Part shown: positions 1-12,280 of the stretch, one piece after another
Numbering within the stretch: the first letter of the stretch is position 1
How the letters are laid out: each line of letters begins with the position of its first letter
Source: Ginglymostoma cirratum
Taxonomy: Eukaryota
DNA length: 64,000 nucleotides
Assembly: GCA_024137785.1 (NCBI GenBank)
Contig: JAHRHZ010000267.1
Location: forward strand, 23,695,261 to 23,759,260
Direction of reading: 5' to 3'
Position numbers and translations under genes: made by a program
Notes under the pieces: model-generated
Databases searched by the model: none
What the model saw: the letters and a program-made list of their open reading frames with translations, nothing else
Told to the model about the DNA's origin: nothing

Positions 1-255
1 TACTGGCTCCATCCCCGCCTCTTCGACTTGTCTGCCTCCTCTCCACCTATCCTCTCCTCTATCCATCCTCTATCCGCCTCCCCCTCTCTCCCTATTTATT
101 TCAGAACCCTCTTCCCCTCCCCCATTTCTGATGAAGGGTTTAGGCCCGAAACGTCAAGTTTTCCTGCTCCTATGATGCTGCTTGACCTGCTGTGTTCATC
201 CAGCCCCATGCTTGTTATCTCGGATTCTCCAGCATCTGCAGTACCTTTTATCTCT
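1..255 (+). mobile_element. Penelope-like element terminal repeat (pseudo-LTR) fragment with hammerhead-like motif
   Basis: Same family as the 3' end of the RT/GIY-YIG element at 48680-50319. Contains CTGATGA..GGG..CCC-GAAACGTC at 128-155. Confidence 0.8.
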
Positions 256-654
256 GATACAGTCTCAAGACCATGTTGTATTTTCCTGCATGCAAACTTA
301 AACAGACTTTGGTCTTGGCAAAGGCTCTGATTCTGCATTAAATGATTTTCTTAAATATAATGATTTTAAAAAATTTTATTGTTTACATTTTGTTATTTGT
401 TAGTTTGGTGGTTGCCTTTCCGAGGATATTCTGGTCTGCTGCATGGTCAGCAGAAAGCAATTCATACAGCTCCTCCGAGCAGCTTTGTAAAACCTGTGCC
501 AAATCAGTCGGAATGGTGACATTCAAAACTCCACTCATGCTGCCAGTGCACACGTAACACACTGGCACCTTGCCCAACACAGGATGCAGCACAGGATGCA
601 CCAGAAATAGCCAGCAGTGGGCCAGGAAAGTACCCAGCATCTTTGATCTCAGTA

Positions 655-730
655 GGATAATAGATCGGCACAATATCGTGGGCCGAAGGGCCTGTACTGC
701 GCTGTACTGTTCTATGTTCTATGTTCTAAT
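655..730 (+). mobile_element. CR1 LINE / HE1-type 3' tail
   Basis: gggccgaagggcctgtactgcgctgtactg followed by (ttctatg)n. Confidence 0.75.
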
Positions 731-1829
731 CCCTTGTAAATCAACATTTGTTTATAGCCAATCTTTTTGGAACTGTTAATCAAAAATGAATTTACAGACC
801 CCATACTGTTAAGTTGTGGAAGCAGACAGGTATGTAATACTGTCAGACTTATGTCAACAAGCACCTATTGAATTGCAACTAATGATTTTGTCCACAAAGG
901 CTTTTTTTCCCCAAATTTTAAAGAGCGAGGAATTTAAATGACTTGGCAGCTTAACAGTTCCAGAGACCTTGTCCACATTTTAAACATAGTCTACTCTTAG
1001 CAATTCCAAATGAGTATCTAATCTTTCCATGAGGGTACTCAATGTTTCCTAAGTACCCAAAAAGATTTAGTTTTTTTTTCCTCTACTTGTAAATACCACA
1101 AGTTGCATTATGGAAATTACAAAATTTTTTGCAACTTTTTGGAAATTAGAAATAACGAACCATCTTCCTGATTGAAGTTGGTGCAGCTGCCTCCGTGAAC
1201 CATAGATGTACAGAATACATTATACCCCAAACCCCCTACTCCAGTGAAAATGGGGAAAGTCAGACATAGGGGGGCACAGAACATCTGGTTTGGGAGATCT
1301 GGTGCCACTTTGGCTAAGACACTGTGTCCTTCTGTCTTTGTGAGAATTCAGGCCTAGGTGTCATACCAGGCAGTCTATTTACCAAGCTGATCATCTGAGA
1401 TAATGGAACCTAGTATTAATGGGATTATCAACTACTGAATGGCAAACAAACTTTGAACAACATTCAAGCACTTCCTAGTGTCAGTGAAAACAAAGTCAAA
1501 AGAGGAGTTCTAGGGTTGTTGTGTTCATTTTTCATTTTCTTCAATAGATATAATTGTTATGTTGTCCCTTAATTTGAGGTATGTAGGTAAGTACTATCAT
1601 TGTGTTTCCACATGCTGCCATCCTTACTTTCCACACAGGCTCTAATGTTTGATCTGATCTAAGCATCACTTAAACAAAGTGCTATTTGGTTCTGGTTATC
1701 ATGTCAATCACAGACAAAGCTTGTTTTTTTTTTGGTCCAGGGATTGACTCACTTAGTGAGTGGAAGCTATAATTACAGCTGGAGGCCATCCAGAGTTCAA
1801 AACATCAAACTACACTACTCTGTTAGTCT

Positions 1830-2850
1830 GAACAATATTTGTTGTCTTTCCTTTGTGGCTACAAGGCAACCAAGGTTGGAAACTGAAAATCCAGGGATAC
1901 TTTGCATTGAGGGTGGATAGCCAAAACAAAAGGAAAGGGGATGAGATAGCACTCCTAATAACGGATAGCATCAGTGCATTAGTGAGAGAGCATCTTTGAA
2001 TGCGGGATCAAGATATATAATGGGTTTGGGTGGATCTAAGAAAAAGCAAGCGGAAGCAAACATTGGTGGAGTTGTTTGTAAAACACCAAGCTGTTGGCAC
2101 AGTATATAAATCAGGAAATTAGAGATACAGGCGATATGAATAATACAGTAATAATAGGTAACTTCAATTTGCACATAGAGTGAGTTAACTAAGTCAGGGC
2201 CAATGCGGTGGAGGATGAAATTCTGGAACCCATTGAGGATTCAACTAGGGATCAAGTTATTTAGGATTTGGTGTTGTGTAATGAGAAACAGCCAATTAAA
2301 AACATTATTGTGAATGAACCTTTGGAAATCATAAACATAGCATGAAATAATTTTACATGAAGTAAGCCTGAGGATTAGGAGAAATTTTGGACCCAGCAAA
2401 GAAGGCTCAAGAAACTAATAAGGAAAGAAGATAATATGAATGTGAGTTGGTGAGAAACATAATAGCAGACTGTAAAAGTTTCTTTCAATGTGTGAAAGAA
2501 AAATGATTAGCAAGGATAATTGGCAGCTCATTATAGTCAGGTTCAGAAGAAGTTATAGTAGGGAAAGGGAAATGGTGGTGAAACAAAGCAATAACTTCGT
2601 GTCTGTCTTTACTGAAAATATACAAAAAAATCCCAGAAATTCTAGGTAACCAGGAACTAGCGCATCTGAACAGCTAAAAAAATGGATTAGTAAAAAAGTA
2701 ATACTTGAAAAAAATAGCTGGATTCAGGATTGATAAACCTCCAGTACCAGATCAGCTTCATCCCCGAGGTTGAAGGAAGTACGAACAGAGCAGCTTCATT
2801 GGATATTATCTTTCATAATCCTATAGAGTCTAGAAAGTTCCTGCTGTACA
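1830..2850 (+). mobile_element. Decayed CR1 ORF2 fragment (endonuclease/linker)
   Basis: Frameshifted similarity to CR1 ORF2 (GNFNLHI.., ataaacctccagtaccagatcagcttcatccc ~ KSPGPD..HPR). Homologous to parts of 29590-31750. Confidence 0.7.
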
Positions 2851-3654
2851 GAATGAATTCTGAGGACTGCAACTTTCATTTAAAAAGGTCATCCCTAATC
2901 GTTTAACTGGATGAATCCCATTGTTTTGTAGTTAACAGATTTCCCTAGATAATGCTTCCTGTCTGCATGCTAACAGTAATTGTTTTTACTTCATGTTAAT
3001 TTCCTGAATGACACCCGGCTGTCTGCTGTTTGAGTTAATGTTTCCCACACTTACTGCGGTTTAAATAGTGGATCTCTTGTCTTTTCTATGGCTTCAATAG
3101 TTTCCTAACTTACTTATTCTATTTAACTATGTCTGCTTAGACTAATAATTTATCCTTTAATCACTTTATTTCTGACTTTGCGACATTCTTCAGCCTCATT
3201 TTTTCTGTGGCCCTATATTTCCCTACTAAATCATGACAGCAATGTTCAATCTAAGCTGTAAGAACATTGTTTACACTCACTTTCCCAGGCTGCAGATTGT
3301 ACCTTTTGTTTTCAAACTTTTCTTTTGCCCACCCAGTATTTCAACCTGATACATAGAGTCTCCAATGTCGGTTTGCTGTCTAGCACATCCTACATATCTA
3401 TGATTATCTTGGTGTGATTAATGTTGCAGCTCTATGAGGTTTCTAGCTCACTCTTGCTGCTGCATATCTGTTACCAGGTCTGAAATGCTCTTACCCTTTG
3501 ACTGCTAATACTGCCTGAGAGAATCTTGCACAGAGGTCTGTTCAGTAGGGTTTTCCAATATTCAGTTCTTCTAGCTGCTGTGCGCTTGAGCAAAGCCATG
3601 TCTGCAGGATGTTCAGATCTCCACTGCTGACAGCATTTTGTAGGTATTTTTAAT

Positions 3655-3755
3655 CAAACTTTTTCAGACCTGTCATGATACATATCTGTGGTGGGTGGAA
3701 CTTGAACCCAAAGCTTCTGTCCCAGAGACAGGGACACTGCCAATGCATCACAAGA
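3655..3755 (-). mobile_element. Short tRNA-headed SINE (~110 bp family)
   Basis: Reverse complement has A-box-like tgcattgg and B-box ggttcaagttcc. Same family as 16162-16265, 38455-38565 and 46625-46910. Confidence 0.55.
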
Positions 3756-5859
3756 CACTGCCAGCATTTTGTACACTATAGCTAAATGGAATCTGTGCTG
3801 TTCGCCACCATGTTGTAAGGTGTATCTTCACCACAGCTCACCATGTTGTATGAGCTATCTGATAGCTTTGTTGCCAACATCTGTTTTCTTAATAGGGATT
3901 TACAGGGCCTGCCTGATCTGGTGTGATTGAGGAAAACCACCTGGTAGTTCAGTAAAAGTAGACTCTTGTCTTAAACAAGATGTAGTTTTTTGTTTGCATT
4001 ATGGCAAATGGATACAATTCACATCGGTGTGATAGACATTGTTATTAAGTCTATGAGGGAGAACTTGATGTTAGCTCTTAGTTATTCAAAACAAGAATCC
4101 ATTACCTCCACAAGATCCATAGGACATTATCATATTGGGCAATGCTCAATGTACACCTCATCATTAATCCTCTTGGAGCCTTATGCTCTTAGAAAACAAC
4201 TACCTCCTCCAGGACCTCCAGTCCCACATCGGTGAAATCACACACCCTCCAATATTTTCCCTGAACCATCCTGGAAACTGCACTGTGTGTCAGTCAACCC
4301 ACTCTACATCATCAGTGAAAGTGGTTGAGTGGACCCCACATATTCTGCTCCAGGAAATCGCTTCCAATGAGTGACTGAGTGCTAAACCTGCAGCTGTCTG
4401 CACATCCAGCCAAGTTCAAATGATACTTATCGATGGTTAGGGCAAAACTGCAGACTTAAAACTAGACTCCCAGAGACATGTCTTATCAGCACTGCACAAC
4501 ACAGTGCTTGTTTTCATCCATCGCTAAAATATCTCCGATTTTTAACAATCATAACCGAGTAAAGTCTATTTCAGGCAGGCAGCTTGTGGCAATATTTTTA
4601 CAATGACAACACTTGGCCAGCAATTAGACACTAGTGAACAAAATGGCTTGAATCATGTGAATTGTGAAGGGGTTGTGATGAAGTTCAAGTAAATGAATAC
4701 TGATAGCTTGAGGAGTCTGATTTCTTAGATCATTGGTTCACCAGTGTCCACTTTCAGGGGAATGTAATGCTTTTGTCCCTTCCAGTCATTTCCATCTCAT
4801 TGCTGCAGTAATAGGGCACAGACCATGACAATATGAGACACTGGCTGCAAAGATGTTGGACACAATACGGCACATTTTCTTCTGTTTGCATGTTTATTCC
4901 TGTTTTTTGTTATGATTGATTAGCATTGCTTTTCATTTAATGCTGCATTGTAACATTGCTGTTAAATATGCTATTTAAGCAGAGTTATACATTAGACCGA
5001 GATAGCTTGGTGCTCACTGCATTGCAGTTGTTCAGTGCCACCGCTATCGGGAGAGGAGTTAATTGGATTCACATGTCGTTTTGCAGTGCTTCTTCCTTTC
5101 TTACATCATTCACACATCATTGCAGTTAATAGCTCTCTAGATGCATTTTCCTTAGCAAGTTGTCATTAATAGGGTTGGTGTTGTTGGACTGTATTAATGA
5201 TACATAATTATATAAAGCAATTGTACAGAACTTATATTGTTTCTTTTTTTATTTAAATTTTCTTACATTCCAGTTATGTCAGAAAGCATTTTTTAAAATC
5301 AATTACACATACCTTTCTTCAATGTAATTGTGTTATTTGATTATTTTGTTTTTTAAAAAAATTTGTGAAACTAACATTGGAAAATGCAGGCGGTTAAGTG
5401 ACTGCCTGCTCCAATGATATCCATCCGCACTGGGTACTGCAGTTTCTTGCTCTGGATTAACATCAGAAATAGCATAGTGCCACAGTCACTAATAGTAAAC
5501 GTGCTGTAGGCCTAAAATCACAGTTGGAACTGGATCATTGCCAAGCATTCCTGGGCATGCAGTGCAGTGCAGTGGTTATCAGGCTTAACGGATTACCAGG
5601 TACTTTCTGCAGATTTTCTCCCCATTTTAATTTGAAATGCGAAAGTCTTTCCCAATTCCTATTTTGGTGATACACTTTTCATCAATTAAATATGTAATAT
5701 CCTGTTCAATACAGATAATTTCTGAACCTAAATACTGTCAACAAACTATCACAAGGTTACAAAATTGCAAATGACATACATATAAAGATGAACATTTGAC
5801 ATCTTTCAGCTCATCCATGTCAACACAATCATCACCCAATCATTCACACAATCACCCAT

Positions 5860-7066
5860 TAATATCATGAGTGACCAATCAACAAAAAAGGATGAATCCA
5901 CTCCAAGCAATTACCACTCCAATTGTCTACTCTCAATCATTAGCAAAGTGATGGAAGGTGTTGTCAGCAGCAATAATCTGCTCACTGATGACAAGTTTGG
6001 GTTCCATCAAGATGACTCCGTTCCTGACAACATTACAGCCATGGTCCAAACACGCACAGAACAACTGCATCACAGGGATGAGGTGGGAGAGACTGTTTTT
6101 CATATGAAGGCCACACTTGATCATGTGTGGCATCAAGATACCCCAGCAAAACTGCATTCAAAGGGAATCAAGGGAAAAACCCTCCACTGGTCGTAGTCAT
6201 ACCTTGCAAAAAGGAAGACGATTATGGTTTTTGGGGGCCAATCATCTCAGTCACAGGACATCTCTGCAGGAGTTCCTCAGGGTAGGATCCTAGATGCAAT
6301 CATCTTCAGCTGCTCCATCAAGGATGTTTCCTCCATCATATCATCAGGGGTGGGGATGTTCGCTGATATTTGCACAATGTTCAGTGCCATGCAAGCTTCT
6401 TCAGATATTGCAGCGGCCTGTGCCCATATGCAGCAAGACCTGAACAACATTCAGGCTTGGGCTGATAAGTGACAAGTAACATTTGTGCTGAACAAGTGCC
6501 TGGCAATGAGCATCTCCAACAAGAGACAATCTAATTATCTTTGCCATCACTGAACCCTCAACCAACAACATTCTGAGAGTCACTATTGACCAAAACCCTA
6601 GCTGGGTTATTGTATAAATGCTACGGCCACAGGAGCAGAAGAGAAGCTGAATGTGCTGTAACTAGAAACTCTCCTGACTGCCCAAAGCCTTTCAAGACAC
6701 AGATGGCAGATGTGAACCATTTGCAAGATGCAACAAAATAATCCAATAAACCTCTTTTGACAGCACATTCTAAACCTGTGACCTCTACCACCTGGAAGAA
6801 TGGACTACAGATATTTGGGAACACAACCAACCACAAATTCTCCTCCAGGCCACTCACCATCATTACTTGGTACTGTATCACTGTTCATTTACTGGCTGTG
6901 GGTAAAAATTCTGGGAACTTCTCTAATAATCCTATGGGTGGCTCTACACCCCAAGGACTGCAAGGGTTCAAGAAGGCAGCTCACTACCACCTTCTGAAGA
7001 GCAATTAGGGATGAACAATAAAGGCTGGCCTTGCCAGCCACAGTCACATCAATGAACAACAAAAAA
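5860..7066 (+). mobile_element. Non-LTR LINE (CR1/L2 superfamily) RT fragment with 3' end
   Basis: ORFs 5867-6196 and 6224-6472: NYHSNCLLSIISKVMEGV, GVPQGRIL, MFADI, QQDLNNIQAWADK. 3' tail gcaattagggatgaacaataaaggctggccttgccagc...aaaaaa. Confidence 0.85.
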
Positions 7067-7319
7067 GCATGTACGTTCGAAGTGCTATTCATCAAACTGA
7101 CATTAAGCTACATCGGAATGCTATAATCTGCCAGGGCCCGAGAGTTTTGCATGGGATCAAGAACATTCAAATGACAAACAACTGGATACTTAGATCATGC
7201 TTGTGGACTGAATGGAGGTTTTCTGCAAAGTGGCCACCCATTCTCTGTATGGTGCCACAATATAGAGCAGATCACACTGTGAAAAGCGAAAGTAGTGTAC
7301 TAACTTGAAAAAAAAACAT

Positions 7320-7650
7320 AAATTGCTGTTGAACCTCAATGGTGTGTTTGGGGCTTTGGATGATATGGAGAGAAAAGATAAAAGGACAAGTATTGCATCT
7401 CCTAAGTCTCTTTCGAAAGGTGCTGTAAGAAAGTGACGGTGTGTTAGGGCTGACTCAGGAGTGAACCAGAGTGACACCAAGATCCCCTTTACAGCTGAAA
7501 GGGGAGGAAAGGGCAGCGGGAATGGCAACTCATTGGAGGTGGTGGCAATGACAGATGATGACTTGTGGAATATAAAAACTGCTGAGGTAGAAGGCAAGGG
7601 CAATATAAAACATATTGTGGTTCTCAGGGGAAGTAAGATTGTTAAGAGCA
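7320..7650 (-). mobile_element. Old Penelope-like fragment
   Basis: Degenerate similarity to 49410-49700 of the Penelope element. Confidence 0.45.
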
Positions 7651-7707
7651 AAAGTGAAGGAAAAAAATTGTATACAGTCCAGAGCCTTGGCAACCATGAT
7701 GAGAGGA

Positions 7708-8980
7708 CAGTCATGGAGGCCTACAGCGTAGAAAAAAAGCCCCTTTGGTCTATCAAGTCTATGCCAGTCAAAAACAACCACCTAACTATTCTAATCCCAT
7801 TTTCCAGCCCTTGACCTTTTATGCCTTGGCATCGCAAGGGCACATCTAAATACTTCTTAAATATTATGAGGGTTTCTGTTTCTAGCAGCCCTATAGGCAG
7901 TAAGTTCCAGGTTCCAACCACCCTTTGCAACAAAAAATGTTTCTACATATCCCCTTTAAACCTTCTGCCCCTTACTGTAAATCTATGCCCCAGGTCAATA
8001 ATTCCCCCACCAAGGGGAGAATTTCCTACCTGCCTACCATGTCCATGCACCTCATAATATTATACTTCAGTCATAAGCCACCTAAGTCTCCTCTGCTCAA
8101 ATGAAAACAACCCCAGTTTGTTCAACCTCTCTTCATAACTAAATCTCTCCAGCCAAGGCAACGTCCTGGTAAATCTCCTCTGCACCCTCACCAGTGCAAT
8201 CACATCGCTCTTATATTGTGGATTCCAGAATGGCAAGCAATAATCCGCCTAACCAACGTTTTACATCTCATTATAACTCCCTGCTGATAATCTCCAGGCC
8301 AACTCTCGGCTAATAAAGCAACTATCCCATCTGCTTTCTTAACTACTTTATCTACTTGTCCCACTAACTTAAGGGACTAGTGGACATACAGACCATGGTC
8401 CCTCTGATCCTCAGTGCTTCTGAGGGCCCTACCTTTTAGTATGCAATCCCTTGACTTGTTTGTCCTGCCCATCTCACGCTCAACCAGATTGAATTCCACT
8501 TGCTGTTGATCAGTCCATCTGACCAGCTCATCTATACGCTCCTGTAATCTAAAGTTTATCCCCCCACCAATTTTCATATCATCCGCAAAATTACTGACCA
8601 CCATGTCTGCGCCATCCGCGGTGCTATTCTAAAGTAATCCCATTTGGCTGCACATGGTCCAAATCCCTCTAGTCCTTCCCTGTTCATGTCTCTATCTAAA
8701 TCCCTCTTAAGCATTGATATCATATCTGTTTCCACAATTGCCCCTGACAGTGTGTTCCAGGCGTCTACCATGCTCAGTGCGAAAACAAACTTGCCATGCA
8801 CATCTTTAAACTTTACCCCTCTCACCTCAAATCTATGCTCCCTAGTATTTGATATTTCCAGCCTGGGAAAAAAGACTCCCACTATCCACCCAATTCATGC
8901 ATCTCATAATGTTATATACTTCCATTAGGTTGCCCCTCAGCCTCTGACGCTCTAATGAGAACAATTCAGGTTTGTCCAAC
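7708..8980 (-). mobile_element. Two adjacent CR1 LINE 3' fragments (about 7708-8600 and 8600-8980)
   Basis: Minus-strand ORFs FADDMKIGG, QRVVGTWNLLP, FKKYLD, HRFEVRG, WNTLS, KRDLDR are CR1 RT C-terminal motifs. Confidence 0.85.
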
Positions 8981-9129
8981 ATTGGCCTGCTGGAGTATAG
9001 AAAGTGCAGGGAGATTTCATGAAATCAATTACAAGATCAAAGAGGGGTCATGAAGTAACACCAGTGAGTAACATTAGGTAGAATCTCAAGATATTCTATA
9101 AGACGATCAAGGGGAAGAGTATAAACAGG

Positions 9130-9632
9130 GAGGTGATGGCCGAGTGGTATTGTCACTAGACTACTAATCCAGAAACTCAGCTAATGTTTCTGGGGACCCG
9201 GGTTTGAATCTCGCCTTGCCAGATGGTGGAATTTGTCAATCAATAACAATATTTGGGATTAAGAATCTACTGACCGTGAAACCATTGTCAATTGTGAGGA
9301 AAAACCCATCTGATTAATGTCCTTCATTAAACTATTGTCATTCAGGGGAGAAAATCTGCCATCATCCTCACCTGGTCTGGTTTACATGTGTCTCCAGACC
9401 CACGGCAATGTTGCTGACTCTTAACTGCCCTCTGAAATGGCCTAGCAAGCTACTCAGTTGTAACAATCACTATGAAGTCTCAACAAAAAAATGAAACCGG
9501 ACAGACCACCTGGCATCAAAGTAGGCACCAAAAAAGTGGTAGAAACAGCCCTGGTGACACTGTAAAGTTCTCCTTACTAACATCTGAAGGCCAGCTCCAA
9601 AATTGAGAGCACGGTGTCACAGACTAGTCAAG
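9130..9632 (+). mobile_element. tRNA-headed SINE/LINE 5' end running into an endonuclease N-terminus
   Basis: A-box tggccgagtgg and B-box ggtttgaatctc. Body shared with 34044-34278 and 61850-62215. Continues to TNI*RPAPKLRARCHRLVK, resembling an APE start. Confidence 0.7.
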
Positions 9633-9635
9633 GAC

Positions 9636-9920
9636 CTCACCCACATATACAAACTCATCCACCTACCCAACCTCACCTACCTATACATCATCACCCACCT
9701 ACCCAACCTCACCCAGCTACCCAAACTCACTTACCATTCCAACATCACCCACCTACCCAAACTTACCTACCTATCCAACATCACCCACCTACCCAACCTC
9801 ACCCACCCTCCAATCTCGCCCACGTATACAACCTCACTCACCTACCCAACCTCACCAATCTACCCAACCTTACCCATCTATCCGGCATTGCCCACCTAGA
9901 CAATCTCATCGACCTACCCA
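9636..9920 (+). repeat. Degenerate 18-bp C/A-rich minisatellite (acccacctacccaacctc)n
   Basis: Tandem units are directly visible. They explain the THLPNL / HPPTQP pseudo-ORFs. Confidence 0.9.
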
Positions 9921-10809
9921 GAATTTGGTTTTAAGCTACTGGACACCTTATGCTAGTTTTCAAGTATCTCAGTTGTAGAGTCCTGAGTCCGGTGCTCAAA
10001 GGTCAACCTGAGCTCTGTGTTCAAGTGCAGGACTGACTGTTGGACATTGGATTCAGTGCCATGAATATGGCCAAACTGGAAGTCACAAAATGTTCATAAG
10101 TTGTTGCCTCTGTGTCGGTCTGGAGTGACTTGTACTCTGTAATATTAAATAGGGGTTAATTCTGCCTTGATGTTTGACAAGGAAACTGATGGTGGTTTAT
10201 ACTGTGTAGCAGCCTGTGTTTCAGTGATGACAGTGGCAGAAAGCCATGGCACAGTGCTAGATTAGCTGGGTATGCGCAGAGCTGTGTCAGCTGCAGTAAA
10301 GGAAGGAGCCTGTTTATGGGAGAAGAGAGCAGTTTGCTGTATGTGAATCTTCAGCAATTTTTAATCAGCTCAGAAAATGTATCCTTCCCCTGCAATACCA
10401 ACACAAGCCCCAACCCACATCACCACCCCCCCCCAACCCGTTCAATTAGGTTATGCTATAGATCAGCTTGCTGATCGATGAGAGTGTTCAGACACATTGA
10501 GAGGCTGTATTGAAAACTCCTGGCAGAGGGGAACGGAGAGGTCACTCAAACACTGGATAAATAACATTGTCAAAGGAGATGCTGAATAGCTTGTGAGCTA
10601 CATTTTACAGAGCAGCTGTGGGCTACACTTTGTTCTCAATTATCCAAATTAAAATGTCTCGTGTAAGTAGCTTTTTTTTTAAAATACATTAGTACTGTTT
10701 CCTGCCTCGTTTGTAGAAATTATTTTCCTTAATGCAGCCACCCGTGCTCACTGACCTACATTGACTCCCGGACCGGCAGCAGCACCACAATTCTGAATTA
10801 ATTTTAGAA

Positions 10810-11115
10810 TTGTTTTCAAATTCCTCCCTGGCCGCTACCTTCCCTGCATCTGTCACCTCCCCCACCCTTACAACCCATTTTGAGATCTTTGCAATTATGA
10901 AATTCTGTCTCCATCATTGGTGGCCAGTTGCCAACAATGTACTTTCTGGAATTATCTCGCTCAGCCTCTCTGCTTCTTCATCTACCTCCCTCTCCTCCTT
11001 GTCTTTTAAACCCAAGCTTTTGGCCATCTCTCCTAATATCTCCGTATGGCTCAATGCTAAATTTTGACTGTCACACTAAATGGAGTATTTCAATGCCAGT
11101 TGTTGTTGTTGTTGA
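10810..11115 (+). mobile_element. L2-like LINE 3' fragment
   Basis: ccaagcttttggccatct...(gtt)n tail. Similar to 39160-39580. Confidence 0.45.
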
Positions 11116-11164
11116 TAATGTAGGCATTTGTCTTGCTCCCAGCAAGCTTCCACCACTCTACATT

Positions 11165-11500
11165 TTTGACGCTGAGAGGTTGTTTCCCTCAAGGGAGAGA
11201 CTAGGACCAGAAGGTGTATTCTCAAGAGTAAGGGGGTTATCCATTTCCAACAGGGATGAGGAGGAATTTCTTCTCTCAGGGGTAGTGAATTTGTGGAACG
11301 CTTTTCCACAAGACAGTTGTGGAGGCTGGGTCATCACATAAATGCAAGGCTGTGATAGACAGATTTTTAATCAGTAAGGGAATCAAAGATTATAGGGAAA
11401 AGGTAGGAAAGTGGAATTGAGGGTTATCAGATCAGCCATGATCTCATTAAATGGAAGAGCAGACTCAATGGGCTGAATGGACTACATCTTATGATCTTTG
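11165..11500 (+). mobile_element. CR1 LINE 3' fragment
   Basis: FFSQGVVNLWNAFPQ-type motif and a CR1 3'UTR (tgggctgaatgg). Confidence 0.8.
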
Positions 11501-12069
11501 ACTCCATAACTCACAGATTCACTGGTTTCTTTGCTCTAGCGAGAGATTTCTGGTGCTGCGCAATGTGTCGTGCAATATACTGCTCAGCAGATCCCATGGC
11601 CCTGAAAAGATAAAAAAGTAACCACACCACATAGGTTGTGACAAAGCTGTGATTCACTAGTTCTGTTTTCTGCTTGTCAGATCCTTGCTGGGGTATAGTT
11701 CAATGACTCTGGGCAGCAAGGTTGGGGGTTTAAACTATTACGGTTATAAGGAGGCAAGACAGAAAAGAACTACATTGCCTCATTTACCCAACAGTACTGC
11801 TGGAAACCAGGCATGTCCTCTAAGGGATTGCTGTACGTGTAAATAAAACAAAAAGCTCCAAACTAAGAGGTACATGAAGGAAGCCTCTGTTTCCTTGTCT
11901 TCCTATTCCTCACAATGAGTTTGACCTCTGAGCCTTCCAATAATAGACAGCCCTGTGATCAGGAGGCTTGCACTAGGGGAGGAATATGTGGTGTTTCGGT
12001 GTGCAACATATTCCAATATAAGGAATCTCTCTGTTTATGATCACCTGTGCGGTACAATTTAAATATGTC

Positions 12070-12280
12070 TTGGTTAGCTCAGTTGGCTGGGAGGTTGGTT
12101 TGCAATGTAGAGTGATGCTAACAGCATGGGTTCAGCTCCTGCACTGGCTGAGGTTACCATGAAGGACTGTCCTTAAACCACAGCCCTAGCATGAGGCATG
12201 GTGACCCTCAGGTTAAACCACCACCAGCTAATTAGAGAGCAGCCGTATGGTCTCCTAGGACTGCAGCATCCTCACTTTTA
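12070..12280 (+). mobile_element. tRNA-derived SINE (~210 bp family)
   Basis: ggttagctcagttgg A-box and gggttcagctcc B-box. Other copies at 25825-26010 (-) and 53855-54070 (+). Confidence 0.7.

Noticed and set aside
342-673. Overlapping open frames on both strands with a good + strand acceptor at 403/404
   Set aside because: No recognisable homology. Part of the minus ORF runs into a CR1 tail, and no convincing exon pair or strand could be assigned.
9603-9934. Repetitive ORFs (THLPNL / HPPTQP) and a CRISPR-like regular pattern
   Set aside because: A simple 18-bp tandem minisatellite with no unique spacers, in a vertebrate context with no cas genes.
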